A DNA stretch of 64,000 bases from an uncultured Bacteriovoracaceae bacterium (GTDB taxonomy: Bacteria > Bdellovibrionota > UBA2394). Under the pieces are notes generated by a model. The model was not told the origin of the DNA. It saw nothing but the letters and a program-made list of their open reading frames with translations, and ran no database searches. Both the position numbers and the translations under genes were made by a program. The first letter of the stretch is position 1. Each line of letters opens with the position of its first letter. Below are positions 1 through 9,408 of the stretch, in pieces. The stretch lies in NCBI GenBank assembly GCA_964598565.1, contig CAZRCG010000009.1, positions 1,943-65,942 of the forward strand, written 5' to 3'.

Positions 1-2091
1 TAAGCGCGAAATTTGTTCCTCTAAATTGCGTTCTTGAATTCTTCGGACACTCTCTCGAGTAAAAATAGAGCCAGGCAGAAAGGCTTTATCAGAAAACCCT
101 CCTGCTCGACGAATCACACTGCTCAAACGCTCATTACGCGAAAACGAATAACGCCCCGGAAACTTTACCTCCCCCTCAAGCACTAAAAAATTATTAAGCT
201 CAAAATTGGGAATTCCCTGAATCAATACATTGTCTTTCGGCATCAGTTCGGGGTTATTACCATCATCCTGATTGAGCAAACTCTGCAAGTTGACCTGAAA
301 GCGATCAAACTTCAGCTGATTATTCTCAATGCTATAGCGAGCAATTTCAGCGTTGGCCAAATACGCATCTTGAGTCAAATTGCCGGCCATATAGATGAGA
401 TCTCTCAGTCTCATCCCCTCAAAATGAAGATACTCGCCCGGCTTATTCACTCTGCCTGAAATGGTAACGCGCTCTCTAAGATTGAGTTCGTCTTTCGAAA
501 AAACAACGACCTGATCACGATCTTGAAGTTCAATATTGTGAGCGCTATCGCCGCCCAGCGCTTTTTCTAAATTGACAAAAAGGGAACTTTTTTCATCTTT
601 CGGCGGACGAACTCGGATGATCTGAAGATAGTCTGTATAGGGCTCGGGTTTCAAAGCTTCAAACGACTTTAAAAGGTCCGCGACTTTCAATCCGGGACGA
701 AACTCATACGGCCCTGGTCGTTTGACATGACCTCTTAAATAGACGGTCTTGGCCATGATATCTAAAACCGGAAATACCCTGACAAAATCGCCGTCCATAA
801 GAACCTCAGATAGCGGGCTCTTTGAGATTTCTTCTGCAGAGAGCGTCGCCAGATTTTCGGGTATCATGATATCGCGTGTGACTCGCTCCTTATTTGAAAC
901 GACACGCTCTAAAGATAAGCGGCCGGCATGTCCCGAAAAGGACAAACCTCCCCCCATCATAAGCAAATCATGCAAACGAGAGTCAGCCTTTAGTTCATAG
1001 ATTGCCGGTCGTTTTATATTGCCTGCTAAAGCGGCCACAGGGCCAATGACTGGAACCAAAACGACATCTTGAGACTGCAAACGAAGGCTGGTGCTCGAAC
1101 CCTTAATTAAAAAATCATAGAGGTCCACAGTGGCAATCTCTTTGCCACCACGAACCACTTTTATCGAACGCAAGCTGCCGGTTTTCTTAATGCCACCGCC
1201 ATAAAAAAGTGCATTGATGGGGCTTGAGGTTGATGCCACTTGATAGGATCCCGGTTTTTCAACTTCTCCTACGAGCATCACTTCAATACTTCGAATCGAT
1301 TCGAACGAGAAACTCACTCTCACACCACTCATCAAGCGAGTGATGCGTTTTTCAATGGCCTGAGTCATTTCCGCATAGGTTTGTCCGACGACTTTGACCG
1401 TGCCCACTTTTGGAATGAAAATGGTTCCATCGCGTCGTACCGTAACTTTGCGGCTCAAAGAGTTTGCTCCCCAGACATTGACGGTAAAAACGTCTCCCGG
1501 GCCCATGATATAATCGGCACTGATAGGAATATTCTCTAAGGCCGTAAACGATTCGGCCGATCGATTAAATAAATTGTAGCCAAACTGTTCCAGCCTTCGT
1601 GAAACCTGCGATGGAAAGCGCCCCGAAAAAATGGTCTCAACCGTCGATCGTTCGTTACGCTCCCTTTCGCGCTGTAAGGCTCTCTCCATTTCTCGCTGTG
1701 AATCAATCATCTCTAACGAAAGCTCGGGCTGCCCAATCGATGATGATTGCTGACGACGAGCCGCTGAGTCAGCGCTCAGACGAGACTCGCTCCTCGGCAA
1801 ACCAGGGCGATCCACCCCGTCGGCGTCTGTCATCGAATCACCACCTGCCTTAGAATTTATAAGGGCTTGGCGCTTTAACAAAAGCTCCGGATCGATCTCA
1901 CTTTGCTTAAGCAAGTCATTCATCGGCGTCTGGGACAAGCCCCTCATAGGCAGCGGCTCGTCCATGCCCGCTTCAGGGGCCCAGTCTTCGAAATCAGAAT
2001 CTTCTGCAGCACGCGTTGGCGCCATAAGCAGTGGAAGCCACTGCACCGAGATCACCAGAATCAAGAATTTTAAGCACTTTTGTATCTGCAT
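1..2091 (-). CDS. SLBB-domain polysaccharide biosynthesis/export protein (Wza/KpsD-like), 3' end runs off the window
   Basis: Not on the ORF track because it has no stop in the window. Manual translation from ATG at 2091 gives MQIQKCLKFLILVISVQWL..., the Poly_export motif DYIMGPGDVFTVNVWG...VRRDGTIFIPKVGTVKV, and SLBB repeats (LVGEVEKPGSYQ, ALAGNIKRPAIYEL). Frame is also open at positions 1-30. Confidence 0.85.
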   Translation of the reverse strand, partial: MQIQKCLKFLILVISVQWLPLLMAPTRAAEDSDFEDWAPEAGMDEPLPMRGLSQTPMNDLLKQSEIDPELLLKRQALINSKAGGDSMTDADGVDRPGLPRSESRLSADSAARRQQSSSIGQPELSLEMIDSQREMERALQRERERNERSTVETIFSGRFPSQVSRRLEQFGYNLFNRSAESFTALENIPISADYIMGPGDVFTVNVWGANSLSRKVTVRRDGTIFIPKVGTVKVVGQTYAEMTQAIEKRITRLMSGVRVSFSFESIRSIEVMLVGEVEKPGSYQVASTSSPINALFYGGGIKKTGSLRSIKVVRGGKEIATVDLYDFLIKGSSTSLRLQSQDVVLVPVIGPVAALAGNIKRPAIYELKADSRLHDLLMMGGGLSFSGHAGRLSLERVVSNKERVTRDIMIPENLATLSAEEISKSPLSEVLMDGDFVRVFPVLDIMAKTVYLRGHVKRPGPYEFRPGLKVADLLKSFEALKPEPYTDYLQIIRVRPPKDEKSSLFVNLEKALGGDSAHNIELQDRDQVVVFSKDELNLRERVTISGRVNKPGEYLHFEGMRLRDLIYMAGNLTQDAYLANAEIARYSIENNQLKFDRFQVNLQSLLNQDDGNNPELMPKDNVLIQGIPNFELNNFLVLEGEVKFPGRYSFSRNERLSSVIRRAGGFSDKAFLPGSIFTRESVRRIQERNLEEQISRL

Positions 2092-2209
2092 CGTCCCAAT
2101 AATTGTCCTATTCTAAATGTGTATAAGCGAACAGACAAAAGGTGTTTTGGTCAATCTTATCGAAATACCAAATTTTACTGGCTTATTGGAACACCAGAGA
2201 CTATCGCGG

Positions 2210-3298
2210 CTACTTAAACACCAGAGACTGCCACGGCGTGGAATGACTGGATTGAGGAAGCGAGCCCTCCGTAGCACGGATCAGAGCGCAAAGCCTCTCT
2301 GGAGTGGCCTCTGGTTCGGCTACGACCCAATTGGAATTTTGAACGCTCAGCGCATTTTTCGTCTGATGGTCGTGCGTGGCAGCCGGAAAAGGAATGAAAA
2401 TGGCCGGTCTACGAAATGCCATCACTTCAAAAACCGTCATCGCCCCCGCGCGGCAAATCAGCAAATCTGCGCGCTCGTAGAAAAGAGCCATTTGATCTGA
2501 AAAGGCAAAGACCTCAGCTTCTAAGCCCTGCTGCCTATAAAACTGACGAAGCTCCTCTTCGTCTCGCTTACCTGTTTGATGCACAAATGCAATTTCAGAA
2601 AAATCCAACCGACGAGCGAGAATCAAATTCATCACCGCTTGATTTAGTCCTCGAGCTCCCTGAGAGCCTCCCACAACACCAATTACTTTAGGCGGCCACG
2701 AGTGTGCTCGCGCTTTCGATGCGGCCACTCGAAGTGTTTTGCGAATAGGTAGGTTTACCGTCTGAAATCCCGCCTGAGGAAATGCCGATAAAGCCACAGC
2801 TCCAAGCCGTCTCAAAAAACGATTGCTAAGCCCTGCATAAGAGTTTTGCTCCAAGACCCCGATGCGCGGATTATTTTTACTAACCATTTTATCGACTGGT
2901 TTACATAATAATTTGACAGGCTTTATGAAAAAGCTCCAAACGCCTCTTCGTACGAGGGCTGCAGCCACCGTGGGCGCCGAGGCATAGCCACCCACTCCAA
3001 GCACTAGGTCAGGCTGCAGCCGATGCAGTAAAAAAAAACTCTCGACAAATCCTCGAACGAAGGCCATCACACCCAAGCCCTTCGAAATCATTCCCTTGCC
3101 GAGCAAACCCTTTGCCGAAATATAGTGAAGCTGCATGCGAGAATCGGGCAACGATACGCGAGCCTCAATTCCCCATCGCGTTCCTATAAAATGTATTTGA
3201 GAGTCAGGATGATCGTCTAGAATCTCTTCGGCTACCGCCATCCCTGAAAAAAAATGACCCCCAGTGCCACCACCACAAATAAAGACCTTCATTGACAC
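2210..3298 (-). CDS. murG: UDP-GlcNAc:lipid I GlcNAc transferase MurG
   Basis: GGGTGGH, GVGGYAS, EQN, GGSQGA and ICRAGA motifs; dcw context. Confidence 0.95.
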   Translation of the reverse strand: MSMKVFICGGGTGGHFFSGMAVAEEILDDHPDSQIHFIGTRWGIEARVSLPDSRMQLHYISAKGLLGKGMISKGLGVMAFVRGFVESFFLLHRLQPDLVLGVGGYASAPTVAAALVRRGVWSFFIKPVKLLCKPVDKMVSKNNPRIGVLEQNSYAGLSNRFLRRLGAVALSAFPQAGFQTVNLPIRKTLRVAASKARAHSWPPKVIGVVGGSQGARGLNQAVMNLILARRLDFSEIAFVHQTGKRDEEELRQFYRQQGLEAEVFAFSDQMALFYERADLLICRAGAMTVFEVMAFRRPAIFIPFPAATHDHQTKNALSVQNSNWVVAEPEATPERLCALIRATEGSLPQSSHSTPWQSLVFK

Positions 3299-3344
3299 TT
3301 ATCTTAGCGGCATTGGACGCCAAGTTCAGCTAAGAAAACAACAT

Positions 3345-4367
3345 TTACCAATGAAACCAAAAAGGAAAAGACCCTAACGACACGTCTACGGATTCTTTCA
3401 AATGAGGATGTGACAGCGTCATGATGATTTCTACATCAAAACTACTTCGCAATCCTGTTGCATAAACATTCTCATAGAAAAAATTATCGGAACGGTTCCC
3501 CAGACTGGCACGGTTGGCAGGCTCCGCTTTTTTAAACGAGAAGAATACCTTGGGACTAGTCATATCGATCGGCTGAAACTCAAAGGGACATGACGTGACC
3601 ATGGATACGCCCGATTTGCCCATCAACGAGCGACAGGTGAATGAAGCCTTCGTTAAGTGCTTTTCAGATTCTTCGGTGGTGATTTGAAATGGCACAGCAA
3701 AGGCCCGTTGACGTTTGGAATCATTCGCTGCCCAAATGAGACCCTGCAAATCACCTGAAAATGTGGTGTGAATACGCATCGAGCTTTGACCTAAGGTATT
3801 TTTATAGCTTGATTCAAACCAGTGGTTGGCCTGGGCATGAGACGTCATAGTGATCAATGGATTGGCAGGATCCACTGCAAAATCAACCCACTGTATAGGT
3901 TTCGATGCGGCCAAGGCGGCAGCCAGAGGCGCCTTTTTTTTCATACGAAATACCTGCCTAATGGTTTTTGTCTGCACCACAAACGTGCCCACAATTTTGA
4001 AGTCGTTACTAAATATATCGGCCAGCACGATGGTCGGACGACAGGTGGTAGAGTTTTTTAGAGTGGCTTGACCCGCGTCGCCCTTAAGTTCCCACGCTAT
4101 AGACAGACCCTCTTCCCGGCACTGAGCATCGTGATCGGCATCCGAAAATTGAAGCTCAAAAGAAGCCGAAGCGCCGCCGTAAATATCGGTGATAGACGCA
4201 TTGTCATCTATCTCAGAGGGGATAGGAGCCGGAGTGGAATTGCCCGTAATGGGTAAAGGAACCACTCTTCTAACAGGGTCGGAGGCGTCTTCAACTCCCC
4301 CGCACGAAGAGAGCGTCACGGTGAGGACGGCTAAAAAACTGGCGGTAATTAGGACATTCGTTTTCAC
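3345..4367 (-). CDS. Hypothetical lipoprotein (340 aa)
   Basis: Signal peptide with lipobox LSS-C (MKTNVLITASFLAVLTVTLSSC); no family recognised. Confidence 0.75.
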   Translation of the reverse strand: MKTNVLITASFLAVLTVTLSSCGGVEDASDPVRRVVPLPITGNSTPAPIPSEIDDNASITDIYGGASASFELQFSDADHDAQCREEGLSIAWELKGDAGQATLKNSTTCRPTIVLADIFSNDFKIVGTFVVQTKTIRQVFRMKKKAPLAAALAASKPIQWVDFAVDPANPLITMTSHAQANHWFESSYKNTLGQSSMRIHTTFSGDLQGLIWAANDSKRQRAFAVPFQITTEESEKHLTKASFTCRSLMGKSGVSMVTSCPFEFQPIDMTSPKVFFSFKKAEPANRASLGNRSDNFFYENVYATGLRSSFDVEIIMTLSHPHLKESVDVSLGSFPFWFHW

Positions 4368-4380
4368 GCTCTAGGGCTAC

Positions 4381-4396
4381 TGCAATCATCATACCG
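4381..4396 (-). promoter_or_regulatory. Possible sigma54 -24/-12 promoter
   Basis: Minus strand CGGTAT-GATGA-TTGCA: GG and TTGC at correct spacing, but the -24 element matches consensus imperfectly. Confidence 0.3.
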
Positions 4397-4489
4397 GGCT
4401 AGAAACGGCTCAAAACACAGATCGGTGACGCTACTACGCAATCATTTCTCAGCACTTCTAGGAAAGAGGTTTGTTCACCAGTTGCCGAC

Positions 4490-5620
4490 TTACGATTTAA
4501 ACTGAGCACGACGATGAAGAGCCTGCAGGGCTCCCAGAGCGATGAGGGCTGATAAAAATGCAGAACCCCCGCTTGAGAAAAACGGAAGAGGCAAACCCTT
4601 CGTAGGTAAAAGCCCCATCGTGACCATCATATTAAGCAGGGCGGGGACGACCAGAAAAAAGGTCAATCCAATACCTAAAAAATAACCAAAATCTTCTCTC
4701 TGATTTTTTGCAATACGAAGCCCCATAAATAAAAGCCCCAAAAAAAGAGCCGTTACAACCGCAATGCCAACAACACCAAGCTCTTCTCCAAGAACAGAAA
4801 AAATAAAGTCGGTATGGGCTTCCGGTAGATAGTAGAGCTTTTGTTGACTATTACCTATACCTACGCCCGTCCAGCCTCCATTTAAAAAAGCCATGAACGA
4901 CTGGATCACTTGAAAACCGGCCCCTTGCACATCTTGAAACGGGTCTAAAAACGTTAAGACCCGCTTGGCGCGATACGCTTCGTTCATGACCACCACGGCA
5001 ACGGCCGGCAGAATTAAAATTCCAAGACCTAATAAATAGGCCATGGGAATTCCTCCCACAAACCACAGCACCAAACTTAAAGCCAAGACATTCATCGCCC
5101 CACCAAAGTCTGGCTGAAGAAGAAGAAGACCCATCAAGAGACCCGTTACAATGAGCAACGGCAAAAAACCCTTATTAAATAAATGAAGCTTATCGCTCTT
5201 AGCCACCAACGTACCCGCTAAATAAAAAACAAGTAACAGACGTACAATCTCTGAGGGCTGAAAGCGAAGAAATCCGAGGTCGAGCCATCGCTGGGCCCCT
5301 CCGCCCGTTGAACCGATACCAGGAATCATCACCAAAATGAGGAGCCCCATGCCCCCTGCCAGCAAAATCATTCGATAGCGAGCAAAGCGCTCAAGTGGCA
5401 GCTGAGCGACCACAAAATAGAGAAGCCACCCGAGGCCTAAAAATAAGAACTGCTTTTTTACGTAATAAAGAGAGTCGCCGTATTTCTGAAGCCCCATCAC
5501 CGCAGACGAACTATAGATCATCAGCAAGCCAAACGCCGACAATAACAAACCCACTACAAGAAGAGGCTTCGACGATAAACCTCCCACCACGGCCTTTGCC
5601 TTGACGCTAAAACGCTCCAC
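4490..5620 (-). CDS. ftsW: Lipid II polymerase FtsW (SEDS family)
   Basis: Multi-TM protein with RWLDLGFLRFQPSE, QPDFG, LPEAHTDFIFS and GLLPTKGLPLPFFSSGGS; between murD and murG. Confidence 0.95.
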   Translation of the reverse strand: MERFSVKAKAVVGGLSSKPLLVVGLLLSAFGLLMIYSSSAVMGLQKYGDSLYYVKKQFLFLGLGWLLYFVVAQLPLERFARYRMILLAGGMGLLILVMIPGIGSTGGGAQRWLDLGFLRFQPSEIVRLLLVFYLAGTLVAKSDKLHLFNKGFLPLLIVTGLLMGLLLLQPDFGGAMNVLALSLVLWFVGGIPMAYLLGLGILILPAVAVVVMNEAYRAKRVLTFLDPFQDVQGAGFQVIQSFMAFLNGGWTGVGIGNSQQKLYYLPEAHTDFIFSVLGEELGVVGIAVVTALFLGLLFMGLRIAKNQREDFGYFLGIGLTFFLVVPALLNMMVTMGLLPTKGLPLPFFSSGGSAFLSALIALGALQALHRRAQFKS

Positions 5621-5730
5621 TATTCTTCGACGAACTCCCCTCCAATTAGTTTAAACGCTGCTTCTAAAAAGTCTAAGAAGATTTCAGCTAAGAGCTCTTT
5701 CGCCTGGTTCGCCCGAGCAAATCGAATCAA
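5620..5730 (-). CDS. Putative 36-aa small protein MIRFARANQAKELLAEIFLDFLEAAFKLIGGEFVEE
   Basis: The TTG start overlaps the murD stop (TTGA) and the TAG stop overlaps the ftsW GTG by 1 nt, so the ORF exactly fills the gap. G-rich RBS-like sequence upstream. Below the ORF-track size cutoff. Confidence 0.5.
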   Translation of the reverse strand: MIRFARANQAKELLAEIFLDFLEAAFKLIGGEFVEE

Positions 5731-7064
5731 CTCTTCGCCCCCATAACCGATTTAAAAAAACGGCCCCGTTCTTCAAAATTCTTAAATTCGTCGAAACTGG
5801 AGCATCCGGGTGACAGCAGCAAACAGGTCGACGAAGACCACGCTTGGCTTTGACACCACTCGAGAGCCTCACGAAGAGAGCGAAAAACATGAAGCCGAGT
5901 CGTCTCGCCAGCCGGCTTACTGTTCTCGCTGACCAATGCGGGCCCAGACAATTCCTCTTTCATCGATGAATCTTGAATCTCCTCCCCATTTAGCTGCTGA
6001 ATGATGGTGTCACGAGCTTCTCCAAATACAAGTACCAAATCGCCAGCTCGAAGCGCTGACCGAAGTCTGGAAAAGTCATCTCCCTTGTCTCGGCCTCCGA
6101 GCAAAAGTACCACACCTGCATAGCGATTCTGTGCATAGCGCAGGCCATACAGTGTGGCATGAACCGTCGTGGCCTTAGAATCATCCAGACACGCGAGGCC
6201 TTGCGCACTTTCGAAAGCCTCGAGTCGATGAGGCAGCTTAGGCAGGTGCTCAAGCATCTCGGCGCTGAGCGAAAAATTCCAGTGCTGCGCTAATCTCTCT
6301 GCCAAACGACGAATGACAACCGAAAGCTCTTCTGTCTGAGAAAAATAAACACATGAAGAGCGAAACGGCTGATGATCGCGTAGCGGCCATTCCTCTTTTT
6401 CTTTCAATCGAGCAAACTCCACACCGTCGCCCATCGGTTGAACGTCCGTCGGATAACAGAGATTCTCCGCAAACCGAAGTAGATTCCATTTTGCACGATG
6501 GTAATCTGCCAGTGTGTCGTAACGATTGAGATGATCGACATCAAGGTTGAGAATAATGGCGTAATCTAAACGGGAAGTCTTTAGACGCTCACACTGATAA
6601 CTCGAAACTTCAAGAACGGCGATATCGTAATTATCGCCTGGCTTCAGGGCATGCGCCATGGCGCAACCAATATTACCTCCCACAAAAATACATTTCTCAG
6701 GCAAAGCACGCCGTAAGATTTCGCCCAGTTGATAAGTCGCCGTCGATTTGCCGTCGGTCCCCGTAATAGCAATAATGGCCCCCTTAAACCGACCGCAAAA
6801 AAAATCCAGCTCTCGCACTTCATACGACTCAAGATGCTTAAAGAAGGGACGTCTCGTATCAATGCCAGGCGAAAGAAAGACTTGGGCCGGCAAATACGGA
6901 GCCCAATCAAATGTATCAAAATTTCCATCAAGCGATTGAAAATCAGTTCCGTTCTTTCCCACCAGCAATTGGCCGGCAACTTCATCGAAGACCCAATAAT
7001 CGCCATTCACACAATTGGCGAGCGCCTGAGTTACCCGGCCCCATCCTAAAAACAGATTGGTCAT
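5727..7064 (-). CDS. murD: UDP-MurNAc-L-Ala:D-Glu ligase MurD
   Basis: ITGTDGKSTAT, VGGNIG, LEVSSYQ, LNLDVDHLNRY, DDSKATT and LLSPGCSSFDEFKNFEERG motifs. Start moved to ATG 7064 (RBS GGTGGTG) from the track's 7193. Confidence 0.93.
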   Translation of the reverse strand: MTNLFLGWGRVTQALANCVNGDYWVFDEVAGQLLVGKNGTDFQSLDGNFDTFDWAPYLPAQVFLSPGIDTRRPFFKHLESYEVRELDFFCGRFKGAIIAITGTDGKSTATYQLGEILRRALPEKCIFVGGNIGCAMAHALKPGDNYDIAVLEVSSYQCERLKTSRLDYAIILNLDVDHLNRYDTLADYHRAKWNLLRFAENLCYPTDVQPMGDGVEFARLKEKEEWPLRDHQPFRSSCVYFSQTEELSVVIRRLAERLAQHWNFSLSAEMLEHLPKLPHRLEAFESAQGLACLDDSKATTVHATLYGLRYAQNRYAGVVLLLGGRDKGDDFSRLRSALRAGDLVLVFGEARDTIIQQLNGEEIQDSSMKEELSGPALVSENSKPAGETTRLHVFRSLREALEWCQSQAWSSSTCLLLSPGCSSFDEFKNFEERGRFFKSVMGAKS

Positions 7065-7141
7065 ATGCACACCACCAAGACCCTTGTAGCACCCACTGGA
7101 TGTCACTCGACAAGACCAAATCTTTCCCTTTAGCCTGAGGC

Positions 7142-8014
7142 ATGACAACGACATTAGTGATTTCGAGTCTTTTGATCTCTCTCGGCAGCTCAAAGGTGGC
7201 CCCAGCCCCTGTAAAAACGTGGACGATTTCGAAAGGGCTCTCTAATCCTGAGTCGGCCTATTATGAGCCCGACTCCGACACTCTCTTTGTATCGTCTGTG
7301 GCTGGAAGCCCCACAGAAAAAGACGGGCGTGGTTGGATCTCAAAAGTTTCTCCCGACGGAACCATGATTAAAACGCGCTGGGTGACTGGTCTTCATGCCC
7401 CTAAGGGCATGCGAGCCTATAAGGGCGTGCTCTGGGTAACCAATATTGATGAAGTGATCAGCATCGACATTCGAAACGGCAAAGTCCTTGCAAGAGTTCC
7501 TGTCAAAGGCTCCCAATTTTTAAACGATATCGCTATTGACGCCCAAGGCGACGTTTATGTCTCGGATACGCTAGGCTCCAAAATTTTCAAAATTCGAAAC
7601 CATAAAGTAGAGGTATGGGCTGAAGGTCCAACTCTCGGCGCTCCCAACGGTCTCTTGATCGAGGGCGACAGGCTATTTGTAGCGACCTGGGGCTTACCCA
7701 AATCAGATTGGACAACCGATGAGCCGGGAACACTTTATTCCATGAACTTAACAACGCAAAAGAAACGTCGATTGGCGCCAAACGGTCTGGGTAATCTTGA
7801 TGGTCTCGAGCGCTATGAGTCAGACGGTTTTTTGGTCTCTGACTGGATGGCCGGCACTGTCTTTTATATCTCAAAAAAGAGAAAAGCTTTCCTCATTCTC
7901 GAAGGGCTCAAAAACTCAGCCGATATTGGTTATAGTTCCAAGCATGAGAGGCTCTTTGTGCCTTTGATGGGAGCCGATCGCCTAGAGGCTTACCAAGTCG
8001 CAGCGCAGTCCTAG
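7142..8014 (+). CDS. Secreted SMP-30/gluconolactonase/LRE-family beta-propeller protein
   Basis: Signal peptide; NPES, FLNDIA, PNGL and NLDGL propeller motifs. Confidence 0.8.
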   Translation: MTTTLVISSLLISLGSSKVAPAPVKTWTISKGLSNPESAYYEPDSDTLFVSSVAGSPTEKDGRGWISKVSPDGTMIKTRWVTGLHAPKGMRAYKGVLWVTNIDEVISIDIRNGKVLARVPVKGSQFLNDIAIDAQGDVYVSDTLGSKIFKIRNHKVEVWAEGPTLGAPNGLLIEGDRLFVATWGLPKSDWTTDEPGTLYSMNLTTQKKRRLAPNGLGNLDGLERYESDGFLVSDWMAGTVFYISKKRKAFLILEGLKNSADIGYSSKHERLFVPLMGADRLEAYQVAAQS

Positions 8015-8192
8015 CTTCAGGCCAACGTGGTACCAAAATTACAACAAAGTCACTTTATGCGGCTTATAGGCTTGGTATTTTTTTAGAGGAAGCCCTCCAT
8101 CGTTTTCTCCAAGGCCTGAGAGACGCCGAACATCACAACAGCAAAGTGTTGCAATATTTTTTAAGAATCTTCGCGCTCTCGCACGCGCCAGG

Positions 8193-9269
8193 TTAACGAA
8201 TTTTTAGAGCGCTCAGAGCGGCTAAAGCAAAGATAACCGAAAGAATCCAAAATCGAACAATGACTTTGGATTCAGGCCAGCCACCTAACTCGAAATGATG
8301 ATGAAGCGGCGCCATTCGAAAGATCCGCCGTTTCTTGATTTTAAAGACCCCCACTTGCAACATCACCGACAAGGCTTCTAAGACAAACAAAAATCCGGCA
8401 ATCACTAGGATGAGTTCTTTCTTTGTCAGTAACGCCACCGCACCCAAATAAGCTCCTAGTCCCAGCGCACCCACATCGCCCATAAAAATTTCAGCCGGAT
8501 GGGCATTGAACCAAAGAAAGCCAAGACCCGCCCCAATGACAGCCGCCATACCGATGGCCAACTCCCCACCTCCAGCCAAAAAGTCGAAATGCAGGTACGA
8601 TGAAAAACCAGAATGACCCGCTACATAGGCCATCACCAACAATACAAAGGCCGTGGTCATGATAGGAACAATGGCCAAACCATCCAGTCCGTCGGTCAAA
8701 TTGACCGCATTCGAAGCGCCGTTCAGAACAAGAAAGCCCCACAATAAAAACCATAGGCCAATATCAATCTGCGCTGCCTTTAAAAAGGGAAATGCTATCG
8801 TAGGCCCCAGACCTACCCACGACAATGCCAAGTAAGAAACTAGAACCGACAGCCCCCCCAACCACAGCATCTTCGCTCTAAAGCTTACGCCCTTAGAGTT
8901 TTTCTTGGTAAACTTCAAAATATCATCCACCAGTCCCACCGCACCAAACGAAATCAACGCCAGCAGGCTGATCCATACCATGCTTTCTTCGAGTCGATTG
9001 AACAACAGCACAACAACCACAATGGCGCCAATTAAAGGTAGTCCTCCCATAGCGGGAGTACCGGCTTTTTTCTTATGTGATTGAGGCCCATCGTCTCGAA
9101 TACTTTGCTGCACCTGTCGCTTGCGCAGCCAAGCGATCCAACGAGGCATCACATAGAGCACCAAAATAAAAGAAAAGAGAGCCGCCATGATGGCTCGAAA
9201 CGAAATATAGCGAAAAAGATTCGCCATCCATGAGTCAGGAAAAAAATTCTGAAGAATATAAATAAACAA
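8193..9269 (-). CDS. mraY: Phospho-N-acetylmuramoyl-pentapeptide transferase MraY
   Basis: KAGTPAMGG, NAVNLTDGLDGL, FMGDVG and MAPLHHHFE motifs. Confidence 0.97.
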   Translation of the reverse strand: MFIYILQNFFPDSWMANLFRYISFRAIMAALFSFILVLYVMPRWIAWLRKRQVQQSIRDDGPQSHKKKAGTPAMGGLPLIGAIVVVVLLFNRLEESMVWISLLALISFGAVGLVDDILKFTKKNSKGVSFRAKMLWLGGLSVLVSYLALSWVGLGPTIAFPFLKAAQIDIGLWFLLWGFLVLNGASNAVNLTDGLDGLAIVPIMTTAFVLLVMAYVAGHSGFSSYLHFDFLAGGGELAIGMAAVIGAGLGFLWFNAHPAEIFMGDVGALGLGAYLGAVALLTKKELILVIAGFLFVLEALSVMLQVGVFKIKKRRIFRMAPLHHHFELGGWPESKVIVRFWILSVIFALAALSALKIR

Positions 9270-9408
9270 GGCCTTAGTGTACCTAAAACAGGGCGGCTCA
9301 GGTCAAACAGATTGACCCAGATAAATCATAAAATTTCTGCTGTGGCGCCTGATCCAGGGGCGTCAACCGTCTCCCACATGCACCTTCGTTTGGCCTCACG
9401 ATTTAATG

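Noticed and set aside
749-1853. Plus-strand ORFs of 83, 99 and 84 aa
   Set aside because: Antisense shadows of the minus-strand SLBB export gene, which the track missed because it has no stop in the window
7065-7193. 43-aa N-terminal extension of MurD on the ORF track
   Set aside because: Overlaps the divergent gene; ATG 7064 has an RBS and begins the homologous region
9333-9383. 17-codon ORF (MWETVDAPGSGATAEIL) between murE and mraY as a murF remnant
   Set aside because: No recognisable MurF similarity and not coupled to either neighbour; coordinates approximate
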